Both the position numbers and the translations under genes were made by a program. DNA of 64,000 nucleotides, taken from assembly GCA_040235515.1 (NCBI GenBank), contig JBECKX010000179.1:1-64000 (forward strand), given 5' to 3'. Below the pieces are notes generated by a model. It saw only the letters and a program-made list of their open reading frames with translations, had not been told where the DNA came from and did not search any database. Position 1 is the stretch's first letter; each line of letters starts with the position of its first letter. Below are positions 48,452 through 58,166 of this stretch, one piece after another. Source of the stretch: Candidatus Zixiibacteriota bacterium. GTDB taxonomy: Bacteria > Zixibacteria > MSB-5A5 > CAIYYT01.

Positions 48452-48655
48452 GCTACATCAGGTTGATCCGGCGCGGAGAGTCTTTTTCGCGAACGGCACA
48501 TAGGCAAAGGGGTTGATTGTCGCAACAAAGGGGCGCGTTTATCGTAATTTAGAGATATAAGAAGATCATAATATTGGAAAAGCTCCATCTTCTTGCCGAT
48601 GAGATCGAGACGATTTTGCGGCAGATGTGAAATGGCGGCTTTGGGAGGTTGCGCT

Positions 48656-49366
48656 TTGAATATCAAGAAGGCTGGAATACTCCTGATCGCATTAGGTTTG
48701 TTGGCGCTTGTCGTTGTGCCGGCGATTGCCCACGATGCCGACGGTCGGGAGCACAGACATTATTCGACAGATCGCCAGGTGGCAATCCAGCGAATGGTTG
48801 ACCGCCAGGTTGACACGCGAGTGCATCGTGACGGCGGAATCCGCTTCAACTGTGGCTACGACAGTGAACTTGGGGATATCGGATTGCATTTCGGCATCGG
48901 TGACGACGACAACTCACGCGTCTACTTCCGTGGCAATGAAGATCTGGTGATCAGGAATTACGATAAGGGCCCCCGCCGCATGACAATCACACCGCAATAC
49001 GAATTGCTCGTCAACGGCGATCCGGTCACTCTTGATGCGGAGCAGAAGGAGCTTGTGGCGGACTTTTACAATACCGCGCACAAAATCCGTTCGAAGTCGG
49101 TAAGAATTGGTATTGAGGGCGCCAGAATCGGTGTGCGAGGCGCCAAGCTGGGAATTCGTGCCGCCGCCGGGGCGTTCCGGATGTTGCTCACTGATTATAC
49201 CGAGGAGGAGTTCGAGCGCGACATCGAGCGCGAGGCCGACAAGCTCGAAGCGCAGGCTGAACCGCTTGAGCAGATGGGTGAGGAGGTCGACCGACTCGCG
49301 GAGCGGCTTGAGCGTCTGTATGATAAGATGGTGCGCAAGATACCGGAGATCAGCGAGAGTATTTAG
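48656..49366 (+). CDS. Secreted hypothetical protein, YggN/DUF2884-like C-terminal region
   Basis: TTG start after GGAGG, signal peptide, ITPQYELLVNGDPVTLDAEQKELVADFY, coiled coil ending KIPEI. Confidence 0.55.
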   Translation: MNIKKAGILLIALGLLALVVVPAIAHDADGREHRHYSTDRQVAIQRMVDRQVDTRVHRDGGIRFNCGYDSELGDIGLHFGIGDDDNSRVYFRGNEDLVIRNYDKGPRRMTITPQYELLVNGDPVTLDAEQKELVADFYNTAHKIRSKSVRIGIEGARIGVRGAKLGIRAAAGAFRMLLTDYTEEEFERDIEREADKLEAQAEPLEQMGEEVDRLAERLERLYDKMVRKIPEISESI

Positions 49367-49410
49367 CTGCCGGAGTGTTTCGGGAGTAGATAGATAAGAA
49401 TTCACTGCCT

Positions 49411-49530
49411 TATGCGAGGCTGTCACCAAAAATCCCTCGCGAATGGCGGGCGGGGTGACACCCTGCCGGTTGCTTTGCGACGAAAAAGATTGTTCATGCG
49501 GGAGTAAGCATGACAACCCAGAGCAGCCGA
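49411..49530 (+). ncRNA. Candidate structured non-coding RNA (family not recognised)
   Basis: Several complementary segments, including two hairpins with complementary loops and a long third hairpin, ending at a strong terminator. Confidence 0.4.
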
Positions 49531-49531
49531 T

Positions 49532-49559
49532 GGGCGGGTCGAAAGGCCCGCCTTTTTTT
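49532..49559 (+). terminator. Rho-independent terminator
   Basis: gggcgggtc-gaaa-ggcccgcct followed by a T run. Confidence 0.88.
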
Positions 49560-49589
49560 GTTTGAACTATCGCTTTTCCGTGGAGTTGG

Positions 49590-50177
49590 TCATGACTTAC
49601 GGGCGATCAACTGGATCACTGCTGCGGTACCGCTGTGGTGGCGGCCCTCGTTGACTTCACGTTCCAGCTCCTCCGCGTGTTCGATTGCCAGCCCCTTAAA
49701 ATCGGACATGGCTTCCGTGAGGCTGTAGAGCATGGTGGGGTCCTTGGGCCCACCGGTGTTATACTTGAGTTGAGCGGTGGTGAAGAACTCGAGCAGAAAG
49801 ACGCCGTTCGGGGCAAGACCCCGGATAGAGTCGGCAAAGACCCGGCTGCGGAGATCGCGCGGGAGGTGACAGAAGATGGCGACAATGCCGTCCCAGGCGC
49901 CCGGTTCGATTTTGAATTCGGCAAGATTGGCCTCGATCGTTTCAATCTCGACACCTTTCTCCTCAGCCAGTCTGCGTGCCTTCTTCAGACCGACGCCAGA
50001 CTGGTCCACCGCAGTCACCTGATAGCCTTTGATTGCGAGAAACACACCGTTGCGCCCTTCACCGGCGCCGATTTCTAGCACGCGGCCTTTGGGGATTTTG
50101 TTGAAATGTGCGGCCAGGAACTGATTCGGTTCGGTGCCGTAAACATACTCAGGATTGGAATAGCGTTCGTCCCACAT
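49590..50177 (-). CDS. Class I SAM-dependent methyltransferase (TehB-like)
   Basis: MWDERY..YVYGTEPN, VLEIGAGEGRN, VTAVDQS, IFCHLP, TGGP. Confidence 0.9.
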   Translation of the reverse strand: MWDERYSNPEYVYGTEPNQFLAAHFNKIPKGRVLEIGAGEGRNGVFLAIKGYQVTAVDQSGVGLKKARRLAEEKGVEIETIEANLAEFKIEPGAWDGIVAIFCHLPRDLRSRVFADSIRGLAPNGVFLLEFFTTAQLKYNTGGPKDPTMLYSLTEAMSDFKGLAIEHAEELEREVNEGRHHSGTAAVIQLIARKS

Positions 50178-50188
50178 GGTCTAGATGA

Positions 50189-51400
50189 TTACTCCTTCAG
50201 CCTGCTCCGCACTTTGATTTCGCCGTGGAGGGTGCGATGAACCGGGCACATGTCGGCTATCTCGAGCAGGCGGTCGCGCTGACCGGCATCAAGATCACCA
50301 GTGACTTCAATGACGCGCGTGATCTCATCCACCTTGCCTTTCCTGTTCTCGCAATCCTCACACTCCTCCGCATGGATCTTGTTGTGATCGAGGTGCACCG
50401 TGACCTTATCGACGGGCCATTGCTTGCGGTCGGCATACATTCGGATCGTCATCGCAGTACAGGTGCCGAGCGCGGCATTGAGGTACTCATAGGGTGACGG
50501 ACCGAAGTCATTGCCGCCATACTTCTGCGGTTCATCCGCGATCAGTCGGTGCTTGCCGATCTGGACTTTGGTGGTGTAGTGATCGGTTCCGATCTCGCAG
50601 ACTACATCATGGTCCGTCTCGAGCTGCCACGGTTCCGGCCTGCCGACATAACGCGCGGCCCACGCGCCAATTACATGGCCGACATAGAAGGAATCGCTAC
50701 GGCGTTTGATCAGATGGTCGGCGCCATCGAGGCTGATGTATGACTTGTTTTGCTGTGCTGCTTTGAAGATGCGGGTGGCATTGTCGATCGAGACGACTTC
50801 ATCATCGGGCGAGTGAATCACGAGCAGAGCCGCGTTGAGGTTGCGAATTGCTTCGTTGCTCTCGATAGAGGCGACATCATCCATGAACTGCCGGGTGATG
50901 GTGAATTCGCGTCCGGCGATATTGACGGTCGCTTTGCCATCCTCCGAGAAACCGGCGATCTTCGATGAGAGCAACCTGCCAACATGCTCCGGCGAATGCG
51001 GTGCGGCGATCGTCGCTACGGCCCGCACGGAGGAAATCCTGCCACCGGCTATCAGCACCGCCGCCCCGCCGAGAGAATGACCGAGCAGCAGTTTAGGTGC
51101 GTCGTATTCCGATTCGAGGAAGTCGGCGGCGGATACCAGATCCTCCACATTCGAGGAGAAGTTGGTGTCCTGAAAATCCCCCTCACTCTCACCGATACCG
51201 GTAAAATCAAAGCGCAAAACCGCGAAGCCGTGAGCGCAGAGTGAAGACGCTATATTGTAGATCGTGCTGTGATCTTTACCGCAGGTAAAACAATGGGCGA
51301 AGATGGCGTAGCTGTGTGGCGGCTGATCGGTGGGAAACTGCAGCCAGGCCGCGAGCTGTGCACCACCCTGATTTTGGAACGATACTTTTGTGACTCTCAT
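50189..51400 (-). CDS. Bifunctional alpha/beta hydrolase / OsmC family protein
   Basis: FAHCFTCGK, RFDFTGIG, GHSLGG, DGADHL; then ADEP..GPSPYE..LGTCTAMTIRMYA..CPVHRTL. Confidence 0.93.
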   Translation of the reverse strand: MRVTKVSFQNQGGAQLAAWLQFPTDQPPHSYAIFAHCFTCGKDHSTIYNIASSLCAHGFAVLRFDFTGIGESEGDFQDTNFSSNVEDLVSAADFLESEYDAPKLLLGHSLGGAAVLIAGGRISSVRAVATIAAPHSPEHVGRLLSSKIAGFSEDGKATVNIAGREFTITRQFMDDVASIESNEAIRNLNAALLVIHSPDDEVVSIDNATRIFKAAQQNKSYISLDGADHLIKRRSDSFYVGHVIGAWAARYVGRPEPWQLETDHDVVCEIGTDHYTTKVQIGKHRLIADEPQKYGGNDFGPSPYEYLNAALGTCTAMTIRMYADRKQWPVDKVTVHLDHNKIHAEECEDCENRKGKVDEITRVIEVTGDLDAGQRDRLLEIADMCPVHRTLHGEIKVRSRLKE

Positions 51401-51668
51401 AATCTCTCCCTGAGGAAAATAGCCTTAACAGGAGATGGTTCGTTCATACGGGAAAATAGCGTTCGAAACGGCTCTGGCAATCGGGTTTCGCAGCGTTGAG
51501 CAGATATTCGGCTACCTGATTTGATCTTGACGAATCACCGGAACTTGTTTTATTTGAATATGTTGACCGAATTACCCGATGTAGAATACTCATACTCTTT
51601 TCTCTAATCATTTTCAGATTCGCTGCCTGTGAAGACACGAGGATGTAACCCCCGCCTACCGAGCTAAG

Positions 51669-53948
51669 ATGGAGGCCGTTTTGACGCAGAAGCCCTACCA
51701 CCGAACTACGCCGGTTGCCCGCAGGATGCAGGCGCCAGGTGTCACGTTATCAGCATTCCTTCTCCTCACTCTGTTATTCTCCGCGACCAGTCTATTCGCG
51801 CAGCCGATCGAGAGTTGCGGAACGCGGATTGGCCCTGATGAAGTAGATGAGTTGTTCAAACACACGCAGGAGCTAATCGGCATGAGCCAGAAGCGTGCCG
51901 GAGAAACATACAAGATTCCGATCCAGCACCATGTCGTGCGGCAATCGAATGGCAGCGGTGGTTTCACCCAGGCTGAAGTCGACAACGCTATGCTGGAGGG
52001 AAATGCGCTCTTCGTACAGGTTAATGTCGAGTTGTATAATTATGGCCCGGTTGATTTCATCGACGATGATTTCTTCTTTTTCGACTGCTCCAGTTCCGCG
52101 CAGTGGGACAGCCTGCGCAACACGAATGTTGAGCCGAACGCGATAAACATCTTCTGGGTGCCTAGTTCCTCGGGATTTCCCTACTGCGGTCTGTCATCCT
52201 TTACGACCAGTACCACGCAGGGTATCGTCATGAACAACGCCTGCGGTGGCATCGGACCGAGCAACTCAACCATGGTGCATGAAATCGGCCACTACTTCAA
52301 TCTCTACCATACGCACGAAACGGCTTTCGGCGATGAATGTCCGAGCGGCGACAATTGCGGCTTCACGGGGGATCTCGTCTGCGACACACCCGCCGATCCG
52401 AATCTGCAGGGCCAGGTTACCCCTGAGCCTGACTGCATCTACACCGGCGCTGATCCGCCGCCGATCGGATGTGATGCCACCCCCTATGCGCCGCAGACGG
52501 AAAATATCATGTCTTATTCTACCAAGGCCTGCCGCGACCTCTACACCGCGGGACAGACCGACAGGTTCCGGCTCACCCTCGAGAATGACCGCACGGAACT
52601 GGCGGTGCAGGTTGGTGACCTCTACTATTTTCCCACATCGTTCGGCGCCCTGAACGTGAGTGTCGGGGGAATGGTGGATACGACGGTCACTCTCAGAAAC
52701 GAGGGGGGTGCTGCGATCACGGTAAATTCTATCAGCGTCATGAGTGGAATGGTCGCCGTGAGCGGCCCGGTGCCGACGACGCTTAATCCGGGCGAGACAC
52801 AGGATTACGTGATCAGTTTCGATGCCACCGGGTTTGCCGTGCCGTGCGACCTGGGGTCGTACGATGATATCGTGACATTCACCACTACTGACGCCGAGCG
52901 GCCGGTATTCGATATGGCAGTTACCGCCGTCGTGGGACTGGAGGTACCGGCACAGAGTTCCTACTCTTTCGGACCTAACTGCCTGATGCTCGATGTCGGT
53001 AACACACCGGGATTCAGCGACCTGAACGACTTCGTGAGTGATGTGCTCTACGACGGCTCTCTGCTGGTTGGTGTTATCAACGGATCGGACACGACGGTCT
53101 ACCAGGACCTGTTCGGGCGGGCCGACTACTCGATCATCGATGGTTTCACACAGGGGGTTGATTCGGTCGGTCGCACAACCCAGACGCTGCAATTCCTCAG
53201 CAACGATGACAAGATATACGGTAGTGTGAAGTACAGCTATGGGGCCAACACAGCGGGTCTTGATAGCTGCAAGATCATCCAGGTCGAGTATACCCTGAAT
53301 AATGCCTGCGATACTTCCATGACAATCGCCGCTGGAATTTATGGGGACTTTGACATCGATGGTTCCGGCAGCAATAATGCCAGGATATCACTTGCGCAGA
53401 ACATGGTCTATGTCGAACAAACTTCGACAAATCACCTGGCCGGATTTGTCAATCTGACCCCTGATTCTCCGACGCGAGGACTCGTTCCGGTTTCGAATCC
53501 GACGTCGATTTATCCCACCGGCCAGTACGAAAACAATGAGGCGTATGCTTCGCTGGTGGGGGGCAATGGTCCGGAGATAACCGCCACCGACGTATCCGCG
53601 CTACTGGCTTTCGGTGAGTACGAGCTGCCTGCCGGAGGAAGCATCACTTTTGCCGGGGCGATTGTGGTGTCATCCAGCTCACTGGCTGATCTGCAATCGA
53701 GTGCGCAGGCAATTCGGCTATTCTACTCGCCACCTGCGTATCTCTGCGGTGACGCTGATGGTAACGACACTGTCACGATTGCCGATGCGGTCTTTCTGAT
53801 CAACTTCATTTTCGGAGGCGGACCGGCTCCATTTCCGCCGCTTGCCGGGGACGCCAACTGCGACGGTTCCATCTCGATCACCGATGTCGTGTATATAATC
53901 AACTACATCTTCGGTGGAGGTCCGGCGCCTTGCGCCTCCTGCAAGTAG
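51669..53948 (+). CDS. Secreted M43 (pappalysin/ulilysin-like) zinc metalloprotease with Ig-like domains and C-terminal dockerin-like domain
   Basis: Signal peptide, CGT cysteine-switch-like motif, HEIGHYFNLYH, DLVCDTP, NIMSY Met-turn, CGDADGNDTVTIAD..GDANCDGSISITD; start uncertain. Confidence 0.88.
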   Translation: MEAVLTQKPYHRTTPVARRMQAPGVTLSAFLLLTLLFSATSLFAQPIESCGTRIGPDEVDELFKHTQELIGMSQKRAGETYKIPIQHHVVRQSNGSGGFTQAEVDNAMLEGNALFVQVNVELYNYGPVDFIDDDFFFFDCSSSAQWDSLRNTNVEPNAINIFWVPSSSGFPYCGLSSFTTSTTQGIVMNNACGGIGPSNSTMVHEIGHYFNLYHTHETAFGDECPSGDNCGFTGDLVCDTPADPNLQGQVTPEPDCIYTGADPPPIGCDATPYAPQTENIMSYSTKACRDLYTAGQTDRFRLTLENDRTELAVQVGDLYYFPTSFGALNVSVGGMVDTTVTLRNEGGAAITVNSISVMSGMVAVSGPVPTTLNPGETQDYVISFDATGFAVPCDLGSYDDIVTFTTTDAERPVFDMAVTAVVGLEVPAQSSYSFGPNCLMLDVGNTPGFSDLNDFVSDVLYDGSLLVGVINGSDTTVYQDLFGRADYSIIDGFTQGVDSVGRTTQTLQFLSNDDKIYGSVKYSYGANTAGLDSCKIIQVEYTLNNACDTSMTIAAGIYGDFDIDGSGSNNARISLAQNMVYVEQTSTNHLAGFVNLTPDSPTRGLVPVSNPTSIYPTGQYENNEAYASLVGGNGPEITATDVSALLAFGEYELPAGGSITFAGAIVVSSSSLADLQSSAQAIRLFYSPPAYLCGDADGNDTVTIADAVFLINFIFGGGPAPFPPLAGDANCDGSISITDVVYIINYIFGGGPAPCASCK

Positions 53949-53972
53949 GGCGCAGCAGATTTTGATAACCAG

Positions 53973-54005
53973 AGAGCCGGTGTTGTCACAACATCGGCTC
54001 TTTTT
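53973..54005 (+). terminator. Rho-independent terminator
   Basis: agagccggtgttg-tca-caacatcggctct followed by T run. Confidence 0.85.
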
Positions 54006-54275
54006 GTATGCGCGGGGCTTCTGCCTGAAGGTCGGGATGGCAATTTCAGCGCCTATCATGTCTGTTTCAATCCGGAACGTCGTTTTTGACGAAGTAGTTC
54101 GCTCCGAGATACTTCAGTAACTTTTCCACCTGACGATAATCTCTACATAGCATTGGCTCGCCCAATTCGAGCCGACACGCTCGGTCGGGGCAGGTGCGTT
54201 CATACCGCCGTGTCGGAAACAACATCCAGAAAAACTGACTCGTTCAGGGTAGAGTCAAAGGAGGCGGAAAACGAC

Positions 54276-57200
54276 ATGGGGATTACAACCAGAAGCGGCA
54301 GCGGTGAGCCCGCGCACGAGACATCCACGCACGACATTGACAGACAGCATGATGCCGCAGTCATGAACGATCAAGGTAGTGGTGAGGCTACTTTCTCCGA
54401 CTGTCTCCTCAAGTGTTCTCAAGTACTGGCGAATTCAGGCACGGATGATCGCGACAGTATCGAGGTAGCGCTGCGTGCACTGGTAGAGGCTACGCGATTC
54501 GACCGCATTCGCATCATCGAAAACATTTCGGACGATGCGAGCGCCCGCTATGCGCAGTTGACCTGCGCAGTCGTGGGGGAAGGTGAGTCGCGCGAGGCCG
54601 GGCAGCAGTTGCAGTTCGAGTATGACGGCGAATGCGCCGCATGGAGTTCGATGCTCGACAAGAGCGGCGCTGAGAATGGTGCTGCTGTCGAAATCCCGGA
54701 CTCACTCAGGGAGAAGCTGAAGGCTGAAGATGCCAGGGAGATGCTGGCGTTTCCGCTCTTTTCCAGTGGTACCTGGATCGGGCTGATCACCTTTGAACAA
54801 CTGCAGGACTCAGGCGAATGGGTACCGGGTGAGACCGGGTTACTCACGGCGGTAGCCGGAATGCTGGGCAGTCATCTCGGCAGGCGCAGGGCGATGTCGA
54901 GCCTCCGGCGCCAGGTTGCGCTGCAAACGGTGCTGGGTACAGTCGCCAAGCGTCTGGCCCAAACGCAATCAACTTCAATCGGTGCAGAAATCGACGCTTC
55001 ACTTGAGGAGATGGGGCAGGCCTGCGGGGCCGATCGCGCCTCTATCTTCAAGTTGAATCGCTATGATGGTCTCGTAACCAATATCCATGAATGGTGCGAC
55101 GAGGGAGTTCCCGCACGGATTTCGCAATCGCTCGATTTCTCACTGCGTGGTGATCTCCCCTGGTTAGCCCGCCAACTGCACGAATTCAAGCATATATCGC
55201 TGGCTTCGCTGGAACAACTCCCGCAGGGCACGGAGAAAGAGCGTGCCTGGCTTGAAGCCCGCGATGTCGAGTCGATCCTGATCATCCCGCTGCTGATAGA
55301 CAATTACCTCTTCGGCTTTCTCTGTATCGAAACCGTGAATGAGCAGCGCGCCTGGCGGAGTGAGATATCCTCGACGCTGCATGTCTTCGGTGAACTGGTA
55401 GCAGGCGCCATCAAGCGTAAAGAGATCGACGATGCAATCAAGTCAAGCGAGCGACGCTACAGGCTGATCGCCGACAACGCTACGGAAATCATCACGGTCT
55501 ATGACAAAGAACACAGCCTGGTGTGGGCATCCCCCACATTCGGTGAGCTGACCGGCGTGTCTGCGGACACATTCGTCGGCAGGGAGATCAGTGAGCTGAT
55601 TTTCGAAGAGGATCTCGATTCATTCCGTCGCCTGCAGGCATTAACGCTGAAGGGAGCGGACGGAGAACGGGCGCGGGTACGGATCGCCACCAAGCGTGGT
55701 GACTGGTACTGGCTTGAGTTAACCGGCAAGCCGTTCTCGGGTGCATCGGCAGGCTCGGAGGATCAGTACATCCTGATCGGGCGCAGCATTGACCATCACA
55801 CGCGCGTGGAGGAGACGCTGCGCCGTAACCTGAGCTTCATGCAGAGAATTCTGGACACGATCCCCGACCCGATCTACTTCAAGGATCAGAACCTGAACTA
55901 CCGATTGGTAAACAAGGCGTTCGAGGATTTCCTTGGCCGGTTCAAGCGAGACATCATCGGCAAGAGCACTTTAGACTTCTGGGAGCCAGAGGTGGCGAAC
56001 CTCTTCATAGAGATGGATAAAGCGCTGCTGTTGAAGCCCGGTGTCCAAACGCACGAGACTGAAGTCATCAGAGGGGACGGATCGAAATCGCTCATGATGC
56101 TGCACCGTGCATCATTCGCAGACGAGAATGGGGAGATTCAGGGCGTTCTGGGAATCGGCAGGGATATCTCGGAGCGGAACCGCAGCGAGCAAGCATTGCG
56201 GGATCTTGAAGCGCGTCACAAACAGATTCTGAATGCGATTTCGGATATCATCATTGTGAAGAGTCCCAGCTCACGAATCACCTGGGCAAACACCGCATTC
56301 ATGGACTATTACAATCTCTCCGAAGAGGACCTGTTCGACTATATCGACTCGACGTTTAACGATGCCGCGACCACGCAACGTTATCTGGAAGCAGATCGCC
56401 GGGTAGTCCAGAGTGGCAAAACTGTTGTGATCGATGAGGAGCCTATCACGCGGCATGACGGCGAGGTTCGACTCTTCAATACCGTTAAATCACCGATTTT
56501 CGACTCATCGGGAGCGGTTACGGCGATCGTAGCGGTCTGCAGAGATATTACGAACAGCAAGATTACTGAGCGTGCGCTGGAAGAGAGCAACAGGCTATTC
56601 ATGACGCTGATCGGCAACCTGCCGGGAATGGTCTACCGTTGCAAACCAGACGATGAGCGTACGATGCTCTACGCCTCCAATGGCTGCATCAACCTGACGG
56701 GCTACACGCCATCCGAACTGACCCATAACCGCAGGGTCACCTTTGCCGCCCTGATTCACCCGGAAGATATCGCGAAGGTAAGACGCGCGGTCAAACGGGC
56801 CGTTGAGCAGCAGAGCACCTACCAGGTAACCTACCGCATCAATGCCGCGGATGGGAGTACGCGCTGGGTCTGGGAACAGGGAGCGGTAGAGCCGATCACC
56901 AATTCTGACGAGTTGTGTCTTGAAGGTTTGATCCTCGATATCACGGATAAGAAAGCCGAAGAAGAGAGCCGCCTGCGCCTTGCCACCGCTGTTGAGCAGG
57001 TGGCCGAGGCCATTATGATCATGAACTATGATGGCCAGATCGAGTATGTTAACCCCGGATTCACGCAGGTCACAGGTTACAGCTTCGAAGACGCGCTGGG
57101 TCGCGACCCCATATTCCTGTCGAAGGGTCTGCACGATGACGCCCACTTCACGCAGTTGTGGGCTACGATCAAGTCGGGCAAAGCCTGGAAGGGGCGCATG

Positions 57201-58166
57201 AAGAACATGCACAAGGAGAACCGCGTAATCGAGTGCGACGCGACGATTTCTCCGGTGCGTGACGGTAGCGGCAAGATTACGAATTTCGTGGCGGTGGAGC
57301 GCGATGTCACCGAGATGGTGAATCTCGAGGGCCAGTTGCGCCAGGCACAGAAGCTGGAGTCTGTCGGTTCGCTGGCAGCCGGCATCGCACATGAAATCAA
57401 TACGCCGATCCAGTTTGTGGGGGACAATACGCATTTCCTCGCGGACGCCTTCCTGGATATCAACAAAGTACTCGAGAAGGCCCAGTTGATGATCGAGGAA
57501 ACCAAGCCTGAGGATCCTTGCTCAGTAGCGTGCAAGGAACTGCGCGATGCGGTTGCGAACTGCGATGTGGGATTCTATCGCGAAGAGATACCGAGCGCGA
57601 TCGACCAAACGTTGCAGGGTGTTGACCGAGTCGCGACGATCGTGCGGGCGATGAAAGAGTTTTCGCATCCAGATACCAGGGAGAAGACACCGATCGAGGT
57701 CAATAAGGCGATCACCACCACGCTGACGGTGGCCCGGAACGAGCTCAAGTACGTTGCGGATGTTGAAACCGAGTTCGGTGAGAATCTGCCGGCTGTGATG
57801 GGCTATCCGGGCGAGTTGAACCAGGTATTCCTCAACTTGCTGGTGAATGCTTCGCACGCGATCGCCAAAGTTGTGGGTGAGGGTTCGGGTGAGAAGGGGA
57901 AGATCACCGTGCGCACCTATGAAGAGGAGGACTACCTGGTGGTTGAGGTGCGGGACACGGGATGCGGAATCAAGCTGGAGGATCGCGATCGTATCTTCGA
58001 CCCATTCTACACGACCAAGCCGGTAGGCAAGGGAACCGGGCAGGGTCTGGCGATAGCCCGCTCGGTAGTGGTGGATAAGCATGGTGGAAAGATCGACTTC
58101 GAAACGGAGATCGGTCGCGGCACCACATTCTTCGTACGGCTACCATTAAGCGCTGAAGGGACATGA
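54276..58166 (+). CDS. Cytoplasmic multi-sensor histidine kinase (2 GAF, about 5 PAS, HisKA, HATPase)
   Basis: AAGGAGG RBS; repeated PAS..DIT motifs; LAAGIAHEINTP, NQVFLNLLVNA, DTGCGI, FYTTK..GTGQGL. Confidence 0.93.
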   Translation: MGITTRSGSGEPAHETSTHDIDRQHDAAVMNDQGSGEATFSDCLLKCSQVLANSGTDDRDSIEVALRALVEATRFDRIRIIENISDDASARYAQLTCAVVGEGESREAGQQLQFEYDGECAAWSSMLDKSGAENGAAVEIPDSLREKLKAEDAREMLAFPLFSSGTWIGLITFEQLQDSGEWVPGETGLLTAVAGMLGSHLGRRRAMSSLRRQVALQTVLGTVAKRLAQTQSTSIGAEIDASLEEMGQACGADRASIFKLNRYDGLVTNIHEWCDEGVPARISQSLDFSLRGDLPWLARQLHEFKHISLASLEQLPQGTEKERAWLEARDVESILIIPLLIDNYLFGFLCIETVNEQRAWRSEISSTLHVFGELVAGAIKRKEIDDAIKSSERRYRLIADNATEIITVYDKEHSLVWASPTFGELTGVSADTFVGREISELIFEEDLDSFRRLQALTLKGADGERARVRIATKRGDWYWLELTGKPFSGASAGSEDQYILIGRSIDHHTRVEETLRRNLSFMQRILDTIPDPIYFKDQNLNYRLVNKAFEDFLGRFKRDIIGKSTLDFWEPEVANLFIEMDKALLLKPGVQTHETEVIRGDGSKSLMMLHRASFADENGEIQGVLGIGRDISERNRSEQALRDLEARHKQILNAISDIIIVKSPSSRITWANTAFMDYYNLSEEDLFDYIDSTFNDAATTQRYLEADRRVVQSGKTVVIDEEPITRHDGEVRLFNTVKSPIFDSSGAVTAIVAVCRDITNSKITERALEESNRLFMTLIGNLPGMVYRCKPDDERTMLYASNGCINLTGYTPSELTHNRRVTFAALIHPEDIAKVRRAVKRAVEQQSTYQVTYRINAADGSTRWVWEQGAVEPITNSDELCLEGLILDITDKKAEEESRLRLATAVEQVAEAIMIMNYDGQIEYVNPGFTQVTGYSFEDALGRDPIFLSKGLHDDAHFTQLWATIKSGKAWKGRMKNMHKENRVIECDATISPVRDGSGKITNFVAVERDVTEMVNLEGQLRQAQKLESVGSLAAGIAHEINTPIQFVGDNTHFLADAFLDINKVLEKAQLMIEETKPEDPCSVACKELRDAVANCDVGFYREEIPSAIDQTLQGVDRVATIVRAMKEFSHPDTREKTPIEVNKAITTTLTVARNELKYVADVETEFGENLPAVMGYPGELNQVFLNLLVNASHAIAKVVGEGSGEKGKITVRTYEEEDYLVVEVRDTGCGIKLEDRDRIFDPFYTTKPVGKGTGQGLAIARSVVVDKHGGKIDFETEIGRGTTFFVRLPLSAEGT

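Noticed and set aside
49412..49507. 31-codon ORF (MRGCHQK...) within the structured intergenic element
   Set aside because: No RBS or recognisable peptide features; base-pairing explains the region better
49590..50177. Methyltransferase as the missing ArsM of the ArsS cluster
   Set aside because: TehB-like size and motifs, only one Cys, 19 kb from the cluster
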